DNA from: Bacteroidia bacterium
Lineage (GTDB): Bacteria; Bacteroidota; Bacteroidia; J057
Reading direction: 5' to 3'
NCBI GenBank assembly: GCA_030731845.1
Contig: JANQTF010000300.1
Span: 8,471 to 72,470, forward strand
Length of the DNA stretch: 64,000 bases
Part shown: piece after piece, positions 45,564-53,459 of the stretch
Layout of the letters: every line of letters starts with the position of its first letter
Position numbering within the stretch: position 1 is the first letter of the stretch
Notes under the pieces: model-generated
Databases searched by the model: none
What the model saw: only the letters and a program-made list of their open reading frames with translations
Told to the model about the DNA's origin: nothing
Program-made: the position numbers and the translations under genes

Positions 45564-48500
45564 ATGAAATACACAACGATGCTTTCATTTTTGCAAAGGA
45601 TCCTCCTCCTTGGCTGGGGATGCCTCCTCCCGGCATTCGGACAAGTTTCTTATCAGGCGTCCTATCATCAGGGTGCAGGAAATCCCGGTGGCCTCAACCA
45701 GGAAACTGACTTTAATACCGTGGGCTGGAGCGAGCTCATGGGCGGAAGCCTGCTGAGCAACCAATGGTCCAACCCAGGAAATATTCCGTTCAATTTTGAA
45801 TTTTTTGGGCAGCAGGTTTCCTTTTTCCGCGTAAGTGCCAACGGGCTTGTCACCTTTGACATGACCCCCTCTGCCCCTCCGGGCAATAATAGTCTCCTCC
45901 CCTCAGCACTGGTACCCGATAGCACAATTGTCTGCTTCTGGGACCAATTCACCATTTCGCCTCCTACGGGCAGCAACGACAAGGTTCAGACCAAGATATT
46001 TGGTACTGCCCCCAATAGGCAGCTCTGGATTCGCTGGGAATCGTATGAATGGGGTGCTTGTAGTTTTGCCTATCTGGCCGTTGTTCTGAATGAAGGAAGC
46101 AACAAAATCCACCTCGTGGATCTGTATAGCAGCACCAATGCCAGCCTCGTCAGTGCCACAGTTGGGATCCAGGCCAACGCGGGATTTGCCGTGAGTGCGG
46201 CTCACAACGTGCCGCTTTCGGGAGCCGGGTCTGGCAATAGCGACAATAGCTACTACACCTTTACGCCCTATCTCATTGAGCCTTATGATATGCAAGCCGT
46301 TGGCATCACGGCTCCGGCAGGCGATGGCTGCGGTCTTGGTCAGGAGTCTGTTTCGATTAAGCTAAGCAATGTGGGATTATTCACGGCCACTGGCATGACA
46401 GCGAGATTGTCTGTGGATGGAGGAAGTTTTTCCGCGCCTGAGCTGATTCCGGGCAGCCTGGCTCCCGGCGATACCATTTCATTTACCTTCGCCACCAAAG
46501 CCAATCTTTCCAGCATTGGCTCTCATTCTCTCAAGGTGGTATTGTCAGTAGCAGGCGACAACAACCCCCTGAATGACACGATGAGAACCTCCCTGAGCAA
46601 CCTGGTGAGTGTAAGCACTTTTCCTTATCAGGAGAATTTTGAGAATGGCAGTGGCGGATGGACACCCGGCGGCACCAACTCTTCCTGGGCCATGGGCTAT
46701 GCCAATAACCCCACGATACAAGGAGCTCCTTCGGGCGTAAATGCATGGATCACCGGGCGCACAGGCACCTACAACAGCAATGAAAACTCGTGGGTCATGA
46801 GCCCTTGTTTTGACCTGACCACGCTCGGACCACAGGCGGTGATCTCGATGAATATCTGGTGGGAAAGTGAATACAGTTGGGACGGCGCCGTGCTTCAATC
46901 CTCTATAGACGGAGGCCTCAGTTGGCAGCGAGTTGGAAAATTTGGAGACGGGAGTAACTGGTATAATGACAACACGATCAACAGCTTGCCCGGCGGGCAG
47001 CCCCATGGCTGGTCCGGCCAAAGTGCCGGAGGCACCGGATCAGGGGGCTGGGTGCGTGCCCAGGCCAAATTGGGTTCTGCCCTCCTTGGCGAGCCCAAAG
47101 TGCTTTTCCGCTTTGCCTTCAGCTCAGATGGCTCCAGCAACCTCGATGGCTTTGCCTTCGACGATGTCACCATTGGCAATGCCCCGGTGATCAACCTTGG
47201 CAACAACGCCTTCTTCTGCAATGGCCATCAACTCGATGCCGGAGCAGCAAATGCCACCAATAGCATCAAGTGGTCAACAGGAGCCACTACCCAAAAAATC
47301 ACCCTCCTCAACGCTACCCAAGGTGCCATCATCGACTCTATGGTCACCGTTTCCGTCACCGATTCCAAAGGTCTTGTAGGGCACGATACCATCATTTTTT
47401 CCATGACATTGCCTCCCACAGCTCAGATTGTGGACGTGACCAAAGTCGCTTGTTTTGGCGAATCTACGGGAGCCATTGATCTCAACATGGCAGGCGGAGC
47501 CTCGCCTTTCACCTACGCCTGGTCCAATGGCGCTTCGGTTCAGGACCCCACAAATTTGCCCAAAGGCACATATAGCGGTGAGGTCATCGACATCAACGGC
47601 TGCAAAGCATTTATCCCCTCCGTCACCGTGACAGAAAACCCCAAACTCTCACCTAGTGCCAACATCGAGTCCGTGCTTTGCCACGGCGACAGTACAGGCT
47701 CTGTGCAGCTAGGCGCAAGTGGCGGCGTAGGACCATATCAGTATCTTTGGACTGACGGAAGCACCAATTCTTTTCGCAGCCAATTGGCCTTTGGCACCTA
47801 CGCTGTGGTGGTGACCGACAGCAAAGGGTGTCAGAAAAATCTCGAAGCAGAAGTCACCCAACCCGAACCACTGGCGCTTTCAGCACAAATTGCTACAGAC
47901 GCCAATTGCATCGACTCATTTGATGGAAAGATTGACCTCACTTTCGACGGAGGGACCACTCCTTACAGCTATTTCTGGGACCATGGCAGCAATGAAGAAG
48001 ACCCGACGGACCTGGCACCAGGCAGCTACTCAGGCTATGTGCTTGACTCCAACAACTGCTTTTTCCAGTTGCCAGCCTTCGCCATTTCCTATAGCGACTC
48101 TATTCCTGAGGCTGGATTTGGCTTCGGCATGGCCGGCGCACAGGTAGGATTTAAGGATAGTTCACAAAGGGCTGCCAGCTACTTCTGGGATTTTGGCGAC
48201 GGACAAAGCAGCACCGACCCGCAACCAGGGCACTTGTATGAAGAAAATGGAATATTTACCGTGACACAGATTGTGAGTAATGCTTGTGGGAGTGACACAA
48301 TTACCCGGGAGGTCAATATTATCTCCGCCTCCCTCCAAAGTGAGTTGAACGTTTCGGTGCAATTGTATCCCAACCCGAGCAAAGGCAGCTTTGAGATCAG
48401 TCTCGGCGCCACGTGGGCCGGAAAGGGCATCATCGCGGTTCACAATATCAATGGGCAGGAGGTGTGGTCTGATACCCGAATCCTCAGTCCCGGGATAAAA

Positions 48501-48599
48501 ATTGAGGTTACGCTGCCGCAGACACTTTCCAAAGGCCTTTACCTCGTGTCAGTGAAGCTAGGTGATCAGATGATCATGAAGAAGCTGGAGCTGAGATAG
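45564..48599 (+). CDS. Large T9SS-secreted surface protein (MAM-like region, SprB repeats, PKD domain, Por C-terminal sorting domain)
   Basis: Signal peptide present. Four units of the type CFGESTGAIDLNMAGGASPFTYAWSNG...GTYSGEVIDINGC are SprB repeats. FWDFGDGQSSTDPQPGHLYEENGIFTVTQIV is a PKD domain. The C-terminal VQLYPNPSKGSFEI...GLYLVSVKLGDQMIMKKLEL is the T9SS CTD. Confidence 0.85.
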   Translation: MKYTTMLSFLQRILLLGWGCLLPAFGQVSYQASYHQGAGNPGGLNQETDFNTVGWSELMGGSLLSNQWSNPGNIPFNFEFFGQQVSFFRVSANGLVTFDMTPSAPPGNNSLLPSALVPDSTIVCFWDQFTISPPTGSNDKVQTKIFGTAPNRQLWIRWESYEWGACSFAYLAVVLNEGSNKIHLVDLYSSTNASLVSATVGIQANAGFAVSAAHNVPLSGAGSGNSDNSYYTFTPYLIEPYDMQAVGITAPAGDGCGLGQESVSIKLSNVGLFTATGMTARLSVDGGSFSAPELIPGSLAPGDTISFTFATKANLSSIGSHSLKVVLSVAGDNNPLNDTMRTSLSNLVSVSTFPYQENFENGSGGWTPGGTNSSWAMGYANNPTIQGAPSGVNAWITGRTGTYNSNENSWVMSPCFDLTTLGPQAVISMNIWWESEYSWDGAVLQSSIDGGLSWQRVGKFGDGSNWYNDNTINSLPGGQPHGWSGQSAGGTGSGGWVRAQAKLGSALLGEPKVLFRFAFSSDGSSNLDGFAFDDVTIGNAPVINLGNNAFFCNGHQLDAGAANATNSIKWSTGATTQKITLLNATQGAIIDSMVTVSVTDSKGLVGHDTIIFSMTLPPTAQIVDVTKVACFGESTGAIDLNMAGGASPFTYAWSNGASVQDPTNLPKGTYSGEVIDINGCKAFIPSVTVTENPKLSPSANIESVLCHGDSTGSVQLGASGGVGPYQYLWTDGSTNSFRSQLAFGTYAVVVTDSKGCQKNLEAEVTQPEPLALSAQIATDANCIDSFDGKIDLTFDGGTTPYSYFWDHGSNEEDPTDLAPGSYSGYVLDSNNCFFQLPAFAISYSDSIPEAGFGFGMAGAQVGFKDSSQRAASYFWDFGDGQSSTDPQPGHLYEENGIFTVTQIVSNACGSDTITREVNIISASLQSELNVSVQLYPNPSKGSFEISLGATWAGKGIIAVHNINGQEVWSDTRILSPGIKIEVTLPQTLSKGLYLVSVKLGDQMIMKKLELR

Positions 48600-48656
48600 G
48601 AAATCAAGAAGAAGGCGAGCCTCATCAGGATCGCACAGCGAATAGATAGCTAAGAC

Positions 48657-48700
48657 AAAACCTGAGTCATCCTATCTGAATGGGATAACTCAGGTTTTTT
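48657..48700 (+). terminator. Rho-independent terminator of the T9SS surface-protein gene
   Basis: AACCTGAGT...ACTCAGGTT stem followed by a T-run. Confidence 0.8.
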
Positions 48701-48771
48701 GGGCAAAAGTCATGATTGAGCTAATTGATTGGTGTAATTCATGCAAATTAAGCCAACAAACTGGCCTAATT

Positions 48772-48878
48772 CAGATCTCGATACGAATAGATTTTGCGCT
48801 CCTACATAAAGTCATACTTTACGTTAAAAATTTTGACATAAAATTACCCTTATTGTTTGGGAAAGCCAGCAGCGATGC
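48772..48878 (-). pseudogene. Remnant of the 5' end plus upstream region of a DUF4143 ATPase gene (copy of 52931-53031)
   Basis: 48808-48878 aligns with the sequence upstream of the ATPase-3 start. 48807..48772 reads ATG TAG GAG CGC AAA ATC TAT... (M * E R K I Y) against MYERKIY in ATPase 3, so it is a nonsense-disrupted 12-codon stub. Confidence 0.75.
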
Positions 48879-48950
48879 GGTATCGACAGGTGCGGGCAGT
48901 TTTGGGGAGCTGTATGGTGGGTGGAAAGAGTAAACTAGTAGCAGCACATC
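48866..48950. repeat. Conserved non-coding element E, copy A (adjacent to palindrome A)
   Basis: Aligns with 50408-50506. Shared AGCAGYGATGCG start, invariant 18-mer GTTTTGGGGAGCTGTATG (48899-48916 = 50441-50458) and shared AGAGTAAA. Copy B carries a 15-nt insertion. Confidence 0.7.
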
Positions 48951-48981
48951 CGCAGATTGAAAATCTGATTTTCAATCTGCG
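48951..48981. repeat. Palindrome A (14-bp arms) 14 nt downstream of the ATPase-1 stop
   Basis: CGCAGATTGAAAAT-ctg-ATTTTCAATCTGCG. Confidence 0.9.
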
Positions 48982-48994
48982 AATTATCTCAGTC

Positions 48995-50125
48995 TTACGC
49001 CCCTACAAATTCAAAAAAATTTTGCCGGTGCACCACCGCCGGATCACTTCCGGGATAGGCAGCCAGAAAGGCTTTGGGTATCTGAGCGGAGGTTTCCGGG
49101 TTCCACTTAAACTCAAAGGCAGACAGTTTGCCACCGTAATCTTCGATGTAATCAATCTCCTGGCGGGAAGTGGTGCGCCAGAAATACATATTGGGCCCAT
49201 AGCCTGAATACAGGTTTCGTTTTCGCCGCTCCACTATCAGGAAGTTTTCCCACAGCGCACCCTTATCCTGTCGCAGGGCCATGGGATTGAAGTTCCGGAT
49301 AATGGCATTCCGGATACCGGTGTCATAAAAATAGATTTTCCGGCCCTTTTTGATTTCGTTTCGAGCATTCCGGCTCAGGGAAGGCAGCCTGAATACCACG
49401 AATGACTGCTCCAGTAAATCAATGTAGCGCTCTACGGTGGCAGGGTCTGCCCCGACGATCTGCGCCACTTCATGGTATTGTACTTCCTGCCCTAACTGTA
49501 AGGCAAGCGCCTGCAGAATTTTAACAATCAGACTCGGCTTTTTCAGTTGATCCAGCATCAGCAAGTCCTTGTACATCAGGCCCTCACTCAGGTCAGTCAA
49601 AAGGCGTACAGCTCCTTCAACCCCGCCTGTTACCACTTCAGGATAGTAACCATAAATCAGGCGTTGTTCGAGCAGGGCATGCTCTGTCAGTCGCCCGTGG
49701 TAAGCCTGCATTTCGGCGAAGGAGAGGGGCAGCAGGGTAAAGTCGTACTTGCGGCCCGTGAGGCTTTCCTTGGTTTGAGCAGCTATGTCCAGCGATGAAG
49801 ATCCTGTTACCAGCAGATGCACCTCTGGAAAATGGTCTGTGATCAGTTTAAGGGTCAGGCCTGCATTGGTCAGCCGCTGGGCTTCATCCACCACCATTAC
49901 CTTGTAGTTTCCAATCAGGGGTTTAAGTTGGGCAAGAGAGATGCCGCTGAGTGCCTCCCTGATGGCTGGGTCGTCGCCGGTAAGCCACAACACAGGTTGT
50001 TCGAGCCCATTTGCCAGCCGGGTAACAAGGGTTGTTTTGCCAACCTGCCTTGGGCCTGTGAGCACTATGGCTTTTTTGGGACTGATAAACGGCTGGATTT
50101 GTCCTTCGAGGAGTCTTGGAATCAT
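48995..50125 (-). CDS. AAA_14 + DUF4143 ATPase, paralogue 1
   Basis: Walker A GPRQVGKTT, Walker B VMVVDEAQ, a central wHTH-like region, and C-terminal RQEIDYIED...SAFEFKWN (D...ExK, PD-(D/E)xK-like). Confidence 0.85.
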   Translation of the reverse strand: MIPRLLEGQIQPFISPKKAIVLTGPRQVGKTTLVTRLANGLEQPVLWLTGDDPAIREALSGISLAQLKPLIGNYKVMVVDEAQRLTNAGLTLKLITDHFPEVHLLVTGSSSLDIAAQTKESLTGRKYDFTLLPLSFAEMQAYHGRLTEHALLEQRLIYGYYPEVVTGGVEGAVRLLTDLSEGLMYKDLLMLDQLKKPSLIVKILQALALQLGQEVQYHEVAQIVGADPATVERYIDLLEQSFVVFRLPSLSRNARNEIKKGRKIYFYDTGIRNAIIRNFNPMALRQDKGALWENFLIVERRKRNLYSGYGPNMYFWRTTSRQEIDYIEDYGGKLSAFEFKWNPETSAQIPKAFLAAYPGSDPAVVHRQNFFEFVGA

Positions 50126-50150
50126 CTCCTAAAATACACCCAGTTGAGGC

Positions 50151-50204
50151 CAAATCGAAAAATTCATTCATTTTTTTCGATTTGAATCGAAAAATTCATT
50201 CATT
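50151..50204. promoter_or_regulatory. Inverted plus direct repeat cluster upstream of ATPase 1
   Basis: 12-bp perfect inverted repeat CAAATCGAAAAA (50151-50162) / TTTTTCGATTTG (50173-50184). 20-nt direct repeat AATCGAAAAATTCATTCATT at 50153-50172 and 50185-50204. Lies 26 nt upstream of start codon 50125. Confidence 0.4.
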
Positions 50205-50344
50205 ATTTCCGATTAGGTCCTGTGCGAAAAATACCCCGGACCAGAGGGCCAATTCATAACACGATCATCTCGCCACCAGATGTTCAGGAGAACCGTCCTC
50301 CTTCTTCGCCCAATTGGGCACTTTCCCTCCATCCAAAACACACG

Positions 50345-50395
50345 CCCTCCCCACACAAAACCCGCAAACTCGCTGCGTGGCGGGTAGCGGTAATC
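50345..50395 (-). pseudogene. Remnant of the 3' end of an ATPase-3-like gene
   Basis: The reverse complement encodes YRYPPRSEFAGFVWGG against GRYPPRSEFMDFIWGG at the C-terminus of ATPase 3. The 24-nt string AACTCGCTGCGTGGCGGGTAGCGG is shared with 51815-51840. Confidence 0.6.
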
Positions 50396-50407
50396 CGGGC
50401 ACTCACA

Positions 50408-50506
50408 GCAGCAGTGATGCGTTGCCGATCAGTTCGGGCTGTTTTGGGGAGCTGTATGATGGCGGAGGTGAATGGTGTGGGGAAGAGTAAAATGGCGGCC
50501 GCATGC
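50408..50506. repeat. Conserved non-coding element E, copy B
   Basis: See copy A. Lies between the 3' remnant and palindrome B. Confidence 0.7.
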
Positions 50507-50539
50507 CCGCAGATTGAAAATCTAACTTTCAATCTGCGG
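50507..50539. repeat. Palindrome B (13-bp arms) overlapping the ATPase-2 stop codon
   Basis: CCGCAGATTGAAA-atctaac-TTTCAATCTGCGG. The right arm encodes the last residues PQIE and the stop codon lies in the loop. Confidence 0.9.
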
Positions 50540-51706
50540 AAAAGATGCAAGATACTCCGGAAATCCTCTCCACCCCACTACCTTGCCCTGGCTGCGAGCC
50601 TGTTGCAGGTCACCGCCATAGATGAGGGCGGTTTCGGCGGTGTCAAGGCCGGAAATTCCTGCGAAAAATGCCAGATTATGGAAAAAATCAGGCTGTATGG
50701 TCTGCCCTGATTTGATTTCGAATGGGTGCAAGTGGCCACCGGTGTCAAACAGCAGATCAATTTCATGCCCGCTGCGGTCGCGCCAGAAATACAGCGGCAT
50801 GCGGATACCACGGTTGTAAAAACTTTTGAGCGCCTCCACGATCACAAAGTTTTCAAATAAGGCACCCCGCGCATAGTGGGTCTCCAACTCACCAACCGTG
50901 CGAATACCCAGCAGGTAGCAGGCCAGGCCCGTGTCGTAAAAATAAACCTTGGGCGTCTTGACGAGTTGCTTATTGAAATTACGGAAGTAAGGCGGCAGGG
51001 TGAAGGCGATGAAGCTGGTCTCCAGCAGAGAAAACCATTTTTTCACTGTCGGGTGAGAAAGCCCGGCCTCGGTGGCAATGGCACTCTGGTTGAACAACTG
51101 CCCTACCCGCCCGGCGGTGAGCCGGGTGAAGAGCTGAAATTGTTGTAGGTCGCTGACCTGGATCAGTTGGCGTAAATCCCGCTCTACGTAAGTTTGTAAA
51201 TAGCTGGAAAAGAACAGATTAAGATCTACCCCCTGATCAAAAATCCTGGGGTACCCTCCGTTGAGAATCAGCTGCCAGGCAGATGTTGTGGCAAAATCGG
51301 TAGGCTGGAGTTCGTGAAAGCTAAGAGGCAGCAAATAGAATATTGCCACCCTGCCTGCGAGGCTTTGGGTGATACGCTCCATGAGCAGAAAATTCTGCGA
51401 GCCGCTCAGCACAAAAGCCCCGTTTTGCTTCTGTTCATCCACCAGAACCTGGATGTAGGAAAACAGCAAGGGCGCATACTGGGCTTCATCAATCACCATC
51501 CCGTTAGGACCCTGGGCAAGAAAGCCGCGAGGGTCATTGAGGGCAAATGATCTCGTTTCGGGGTCTTCAAGGTTGGCGTAGAAGTATCCGGGAAAAAGCT
51601 GGCGGCACAGGGTTGTCTTGCCCGATTGCCTTGGCCCTGTCACGCTCACCACAGGCATTTGGGTGGCTGCATCGCGGATTCGGGTCGCCAAATGTCGTTG
51701 AATCAT
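50522..51706 (-). CDS. AAA_14 + DUF4143 ATPase, paralogue 2
   Basis: Walker A GPRQSGKTT, Walker B GMVIDEAQ, and C-terminal GHEIDLLFD...HPFEIKSG. Confidence 0.85.
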   Translation of the reverse strand: MIQRHLATRIRDAATQMPVVSVTGPRQSGKTTLCRQLFPGYFYANLEDPETRSFALNDPRGFLAQGPNGMVIDEAQYAPLLFSYIQVLVDEQKQNGAFVLSGSQNFLLMERITQSLAGRVAIFYLLPLSFHELQPTDFATTSAWQLILNGGYPRIFDQGVDLNLFFSSYLQTYVERDLRQLIQVSDLQQFQLFTRLTAGRVGQLFNQSAIATEAGLSHPTVKKWFSLLETSFIAFTLPPYFRNFNKQLVKTPKVYFYDTGLACYLLGIRTVGELETHYARGALFENFVIVEALKSFYNRGIRMPLYFWRDRSGHEIDLLFDTGGHLHPFEIKSGQTIQPDFFHNLAFFAGISGLDTAETALIYGGDLQQARSQGKVVGWRGFPEYLASFPQIES

Positions 51707-51720
51707 ACAGCAAGATAGGC

Positions 51721-51767
51721 AAATGATCCGCAGATTGAAAATTGGATTTTCAATCTGCGGATCATTT
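51721..51767. repeat. Palindrome C (perfect 22-bp arms) in the 72-nt gap between ATPase 3 and ATPase 2
   Basis: AAATGATCCGCAGATTGAAAAT-tgg-ATTTTCAATCTGCGGATCATTT. Confidence 0.9.
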
Positions 51768-51778
51768 CTCCGCCAAGC

Positions 51779-52960
51779 TCACCCCACCATGCCGCCCCAG
51801 ATAAAGTCCATGAACTCGCTGCGTGGCGGGTAGCGGCCAATCAGCTGGGTCTCCTGGAGGCCCAGAGAAGTGGCGCGGGCCACCAAAACGGATGAGTCAG
51901 AGGGAGTGGGGGTTTCTTTGACCTCAATGGCGGTCTGCCGGTCCAGAATAAAATCTATTTCCTGACCCGTTTTGAGCTGAAAATAGCTGAGCGAACCCAG
52001 TCGCATGAGCTGGAGCGCGATGGCATTCTCAAACAAAGCCCCGCTGCTGACCTGCGCCAGTTGGCTGATCAAGCCTGTATCTGCCAGATACATCTTCGGC
52101 TGCACGGCAATCGCCCGGTCTGTGTTGGCGGAGTAAGGCTTGATCAGATGCAAAAAATAGGTCCGCTCCAGCAGATGCAGATAGTCTTTGACCTTGTGGC
52201 GGCTGATCCCGATCAAGGAGGCCAGCTTGGTATAATCCAATCGGCTCCCAATTCGGGACGCTAGCAAGCTCACCAGGCGGTACAGGTCATCTATCGCAGT
52301 GTAGTCAGACAAGAGCTTGACATCCAGCTCGATATATGAATTCAAAACATCTTTCAGGAGGCGTACTTTTTTGTCTGCCGTACCTGCCAGCACCACATCA
52401 GGGAAGCCGCCATACTGGATAAACTCCTCGTAGTGTGCCGTGTATTGCGCATAGAGCGACTGCCGGTAGGGCTTCAGCCGGAAGGCTTGCAGGGGGCTGC
52501 TGTCTATCTCCTTGAAAGTCAAAAATTCCTGAAAGTCAAGGGGATACATGTCGAAAATCTGCTTTCTGCCCGCCAGACTTTCGGTGATGCGGTTGCGCAG
52601 GTAATAGGAGCTGGAGCCTGAGATGATGAATTTGACCGAAAAATGATCGTGGTAATATTTGATAAATGAGACCGCATCCGGAACCAGTTGCACCTCGTCG
52701 AGTGCGATGACTGCAGGCTGGCTGAAGTCGATTCCTTTGATTTCGAGATCTGTTTGAATCTCACTAAAGTTGTTCTGTGTGAAAATGGCCCTGTCCTCAA
52801 TTCGTTCGAGATCGAGGTAAAGCTTGTTGTCATGGGGCGTCTGGTCGAGGAGATAGCGGAGTGCTGTGGTTTTCCCTACGCGGCGCATGCCCGTGATAAC
52901 GCTCACTTCTTTCTCAGCGAGATGGCTGAGCAGATCAGGATAGATTTTGCGCTCATACAT
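51779..52960 (-). CDS. AAA_14 + DUF4143 ATPase, paralogue 3
   Basis: Walker A GMRRVGKTT, Walker B VIALDEVQ, and C-terminal GQEIDFILD...TAIEVKET. Confidence 0.85.
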   Translation of the reverse strand: MYERKIYPDLLSHLAEKEVSVITGMRRVGKTTALRYLLDQTPHDNKLYLDLERIEDRAIFTQNNFSEIQTDLEIKGIDFSQPAVIALDEVQLVPDAVSFIKYYHDHFSVKFIISGSSSYYLRNRITESLAGRKQIFDMYPLDFQEFLTFKEIDSSPLQAFRLKPYRQSLYAQYTAHYEEFIQYGGFPDVVLAGTADKKVRLLKDVLNSYIELDVKLLSDYTAIDDLYRLVSLLASRIGSRLDYTKLASLIGISRHKVKDYLHLLERTYFLHLIKPYSANTDRAIAVQPKMYLADTGLISQLAQVSSGALFENAIALQLMRLGSLSYFQLKTGQEIDFILDRQTAIEVKETPTPSDSSVLVARATSLGLQETQLIGRYPPRSEFMDFIWGGMVG

Positions 52961-53038
52961 AAAGTGATACTTTACGTTAAAATTCCTGACATAAAGTTAC
53001 ACTTAATGCTTGAAAAAGCCAGCAGCGATGCTGTGTTG

Positions 53039-53316
53039 AGTCGCATGAGCTGGAGCGCGATGGCATTCTCAAACAGAGCCCCGCTGCTGACCTGCGCCAG
53101 TTGGCTGATCAAGCCTGTATCGGCCAGATACATCTTCGGCTGCACGGCAATCGCCCGGTCTGTGTTGGCGGAGTAAGGCTTGATCAGATGCAAAAAATAG
53201 GTCCGCTCCAGCAGATGCAGATAGTCTTTGACCTTGTGGCGGCTGATCCCGATCAGGGAGGCAGTTTGGTATCATCCAGTCGGCTCCCAATTCGGGACGC
53301 CAGCAGGCTCACCAGC
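53039..53316 (-). pseudogene. Internal fragment of ATPase 3, duplicated just upstream of the intact gene
   Basis: Near-identical by eye to 51999-52287 (offset 1040). It has a few substitutions and a 1-nt deletion (GGCCAGCTTGG versus GGCAGTTTGG). It encodes ...HLIKPYSANTDRAIAVQPKMYLADTGLISQLAQVSSGALFENAIALQLMRL, which equals residues ~225-320 of ATPase 3. Confidence 0.85.
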
Positions 53317-53459
53317 CAGTGCGGGTCAAAGGCCTATTTGGATAAATAAGGAAGAGGGAGCCTGGAGAGCATTCCCTCCAGCTCGTCGGCTAGCCTTTCA
53401 TGCAACTTTTTTGATCTTCTTCGTTCAATAATCACACCCTTCACAAGAACCCGGTGACT

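Noticed and set aside
48857-49207. Plus-strand ORFs across element E and the palindromes (48857-49207, 50222-50710) as real small proteins
   Set aside because: Both run on into the antisense of the ATPase genes. The shared peptide similarity is more simply explained by the underlying DNA repeat. I kept the possibility only as a caveat in the element E finding.
48951-51767. The three palindromic repeats as a CRISPR array or integron attC sites
   Set aside because: The copies are 1.2-1.5 kb apart with full-length genes between them, not 25-40-nt spacers, and no cas genes are present. No integrase gene is present either. The arms lack the RYYYAAC/GTTRRRY attC core and the repeats have tiny loops rather than 60-140-nt imperfect attC structures.
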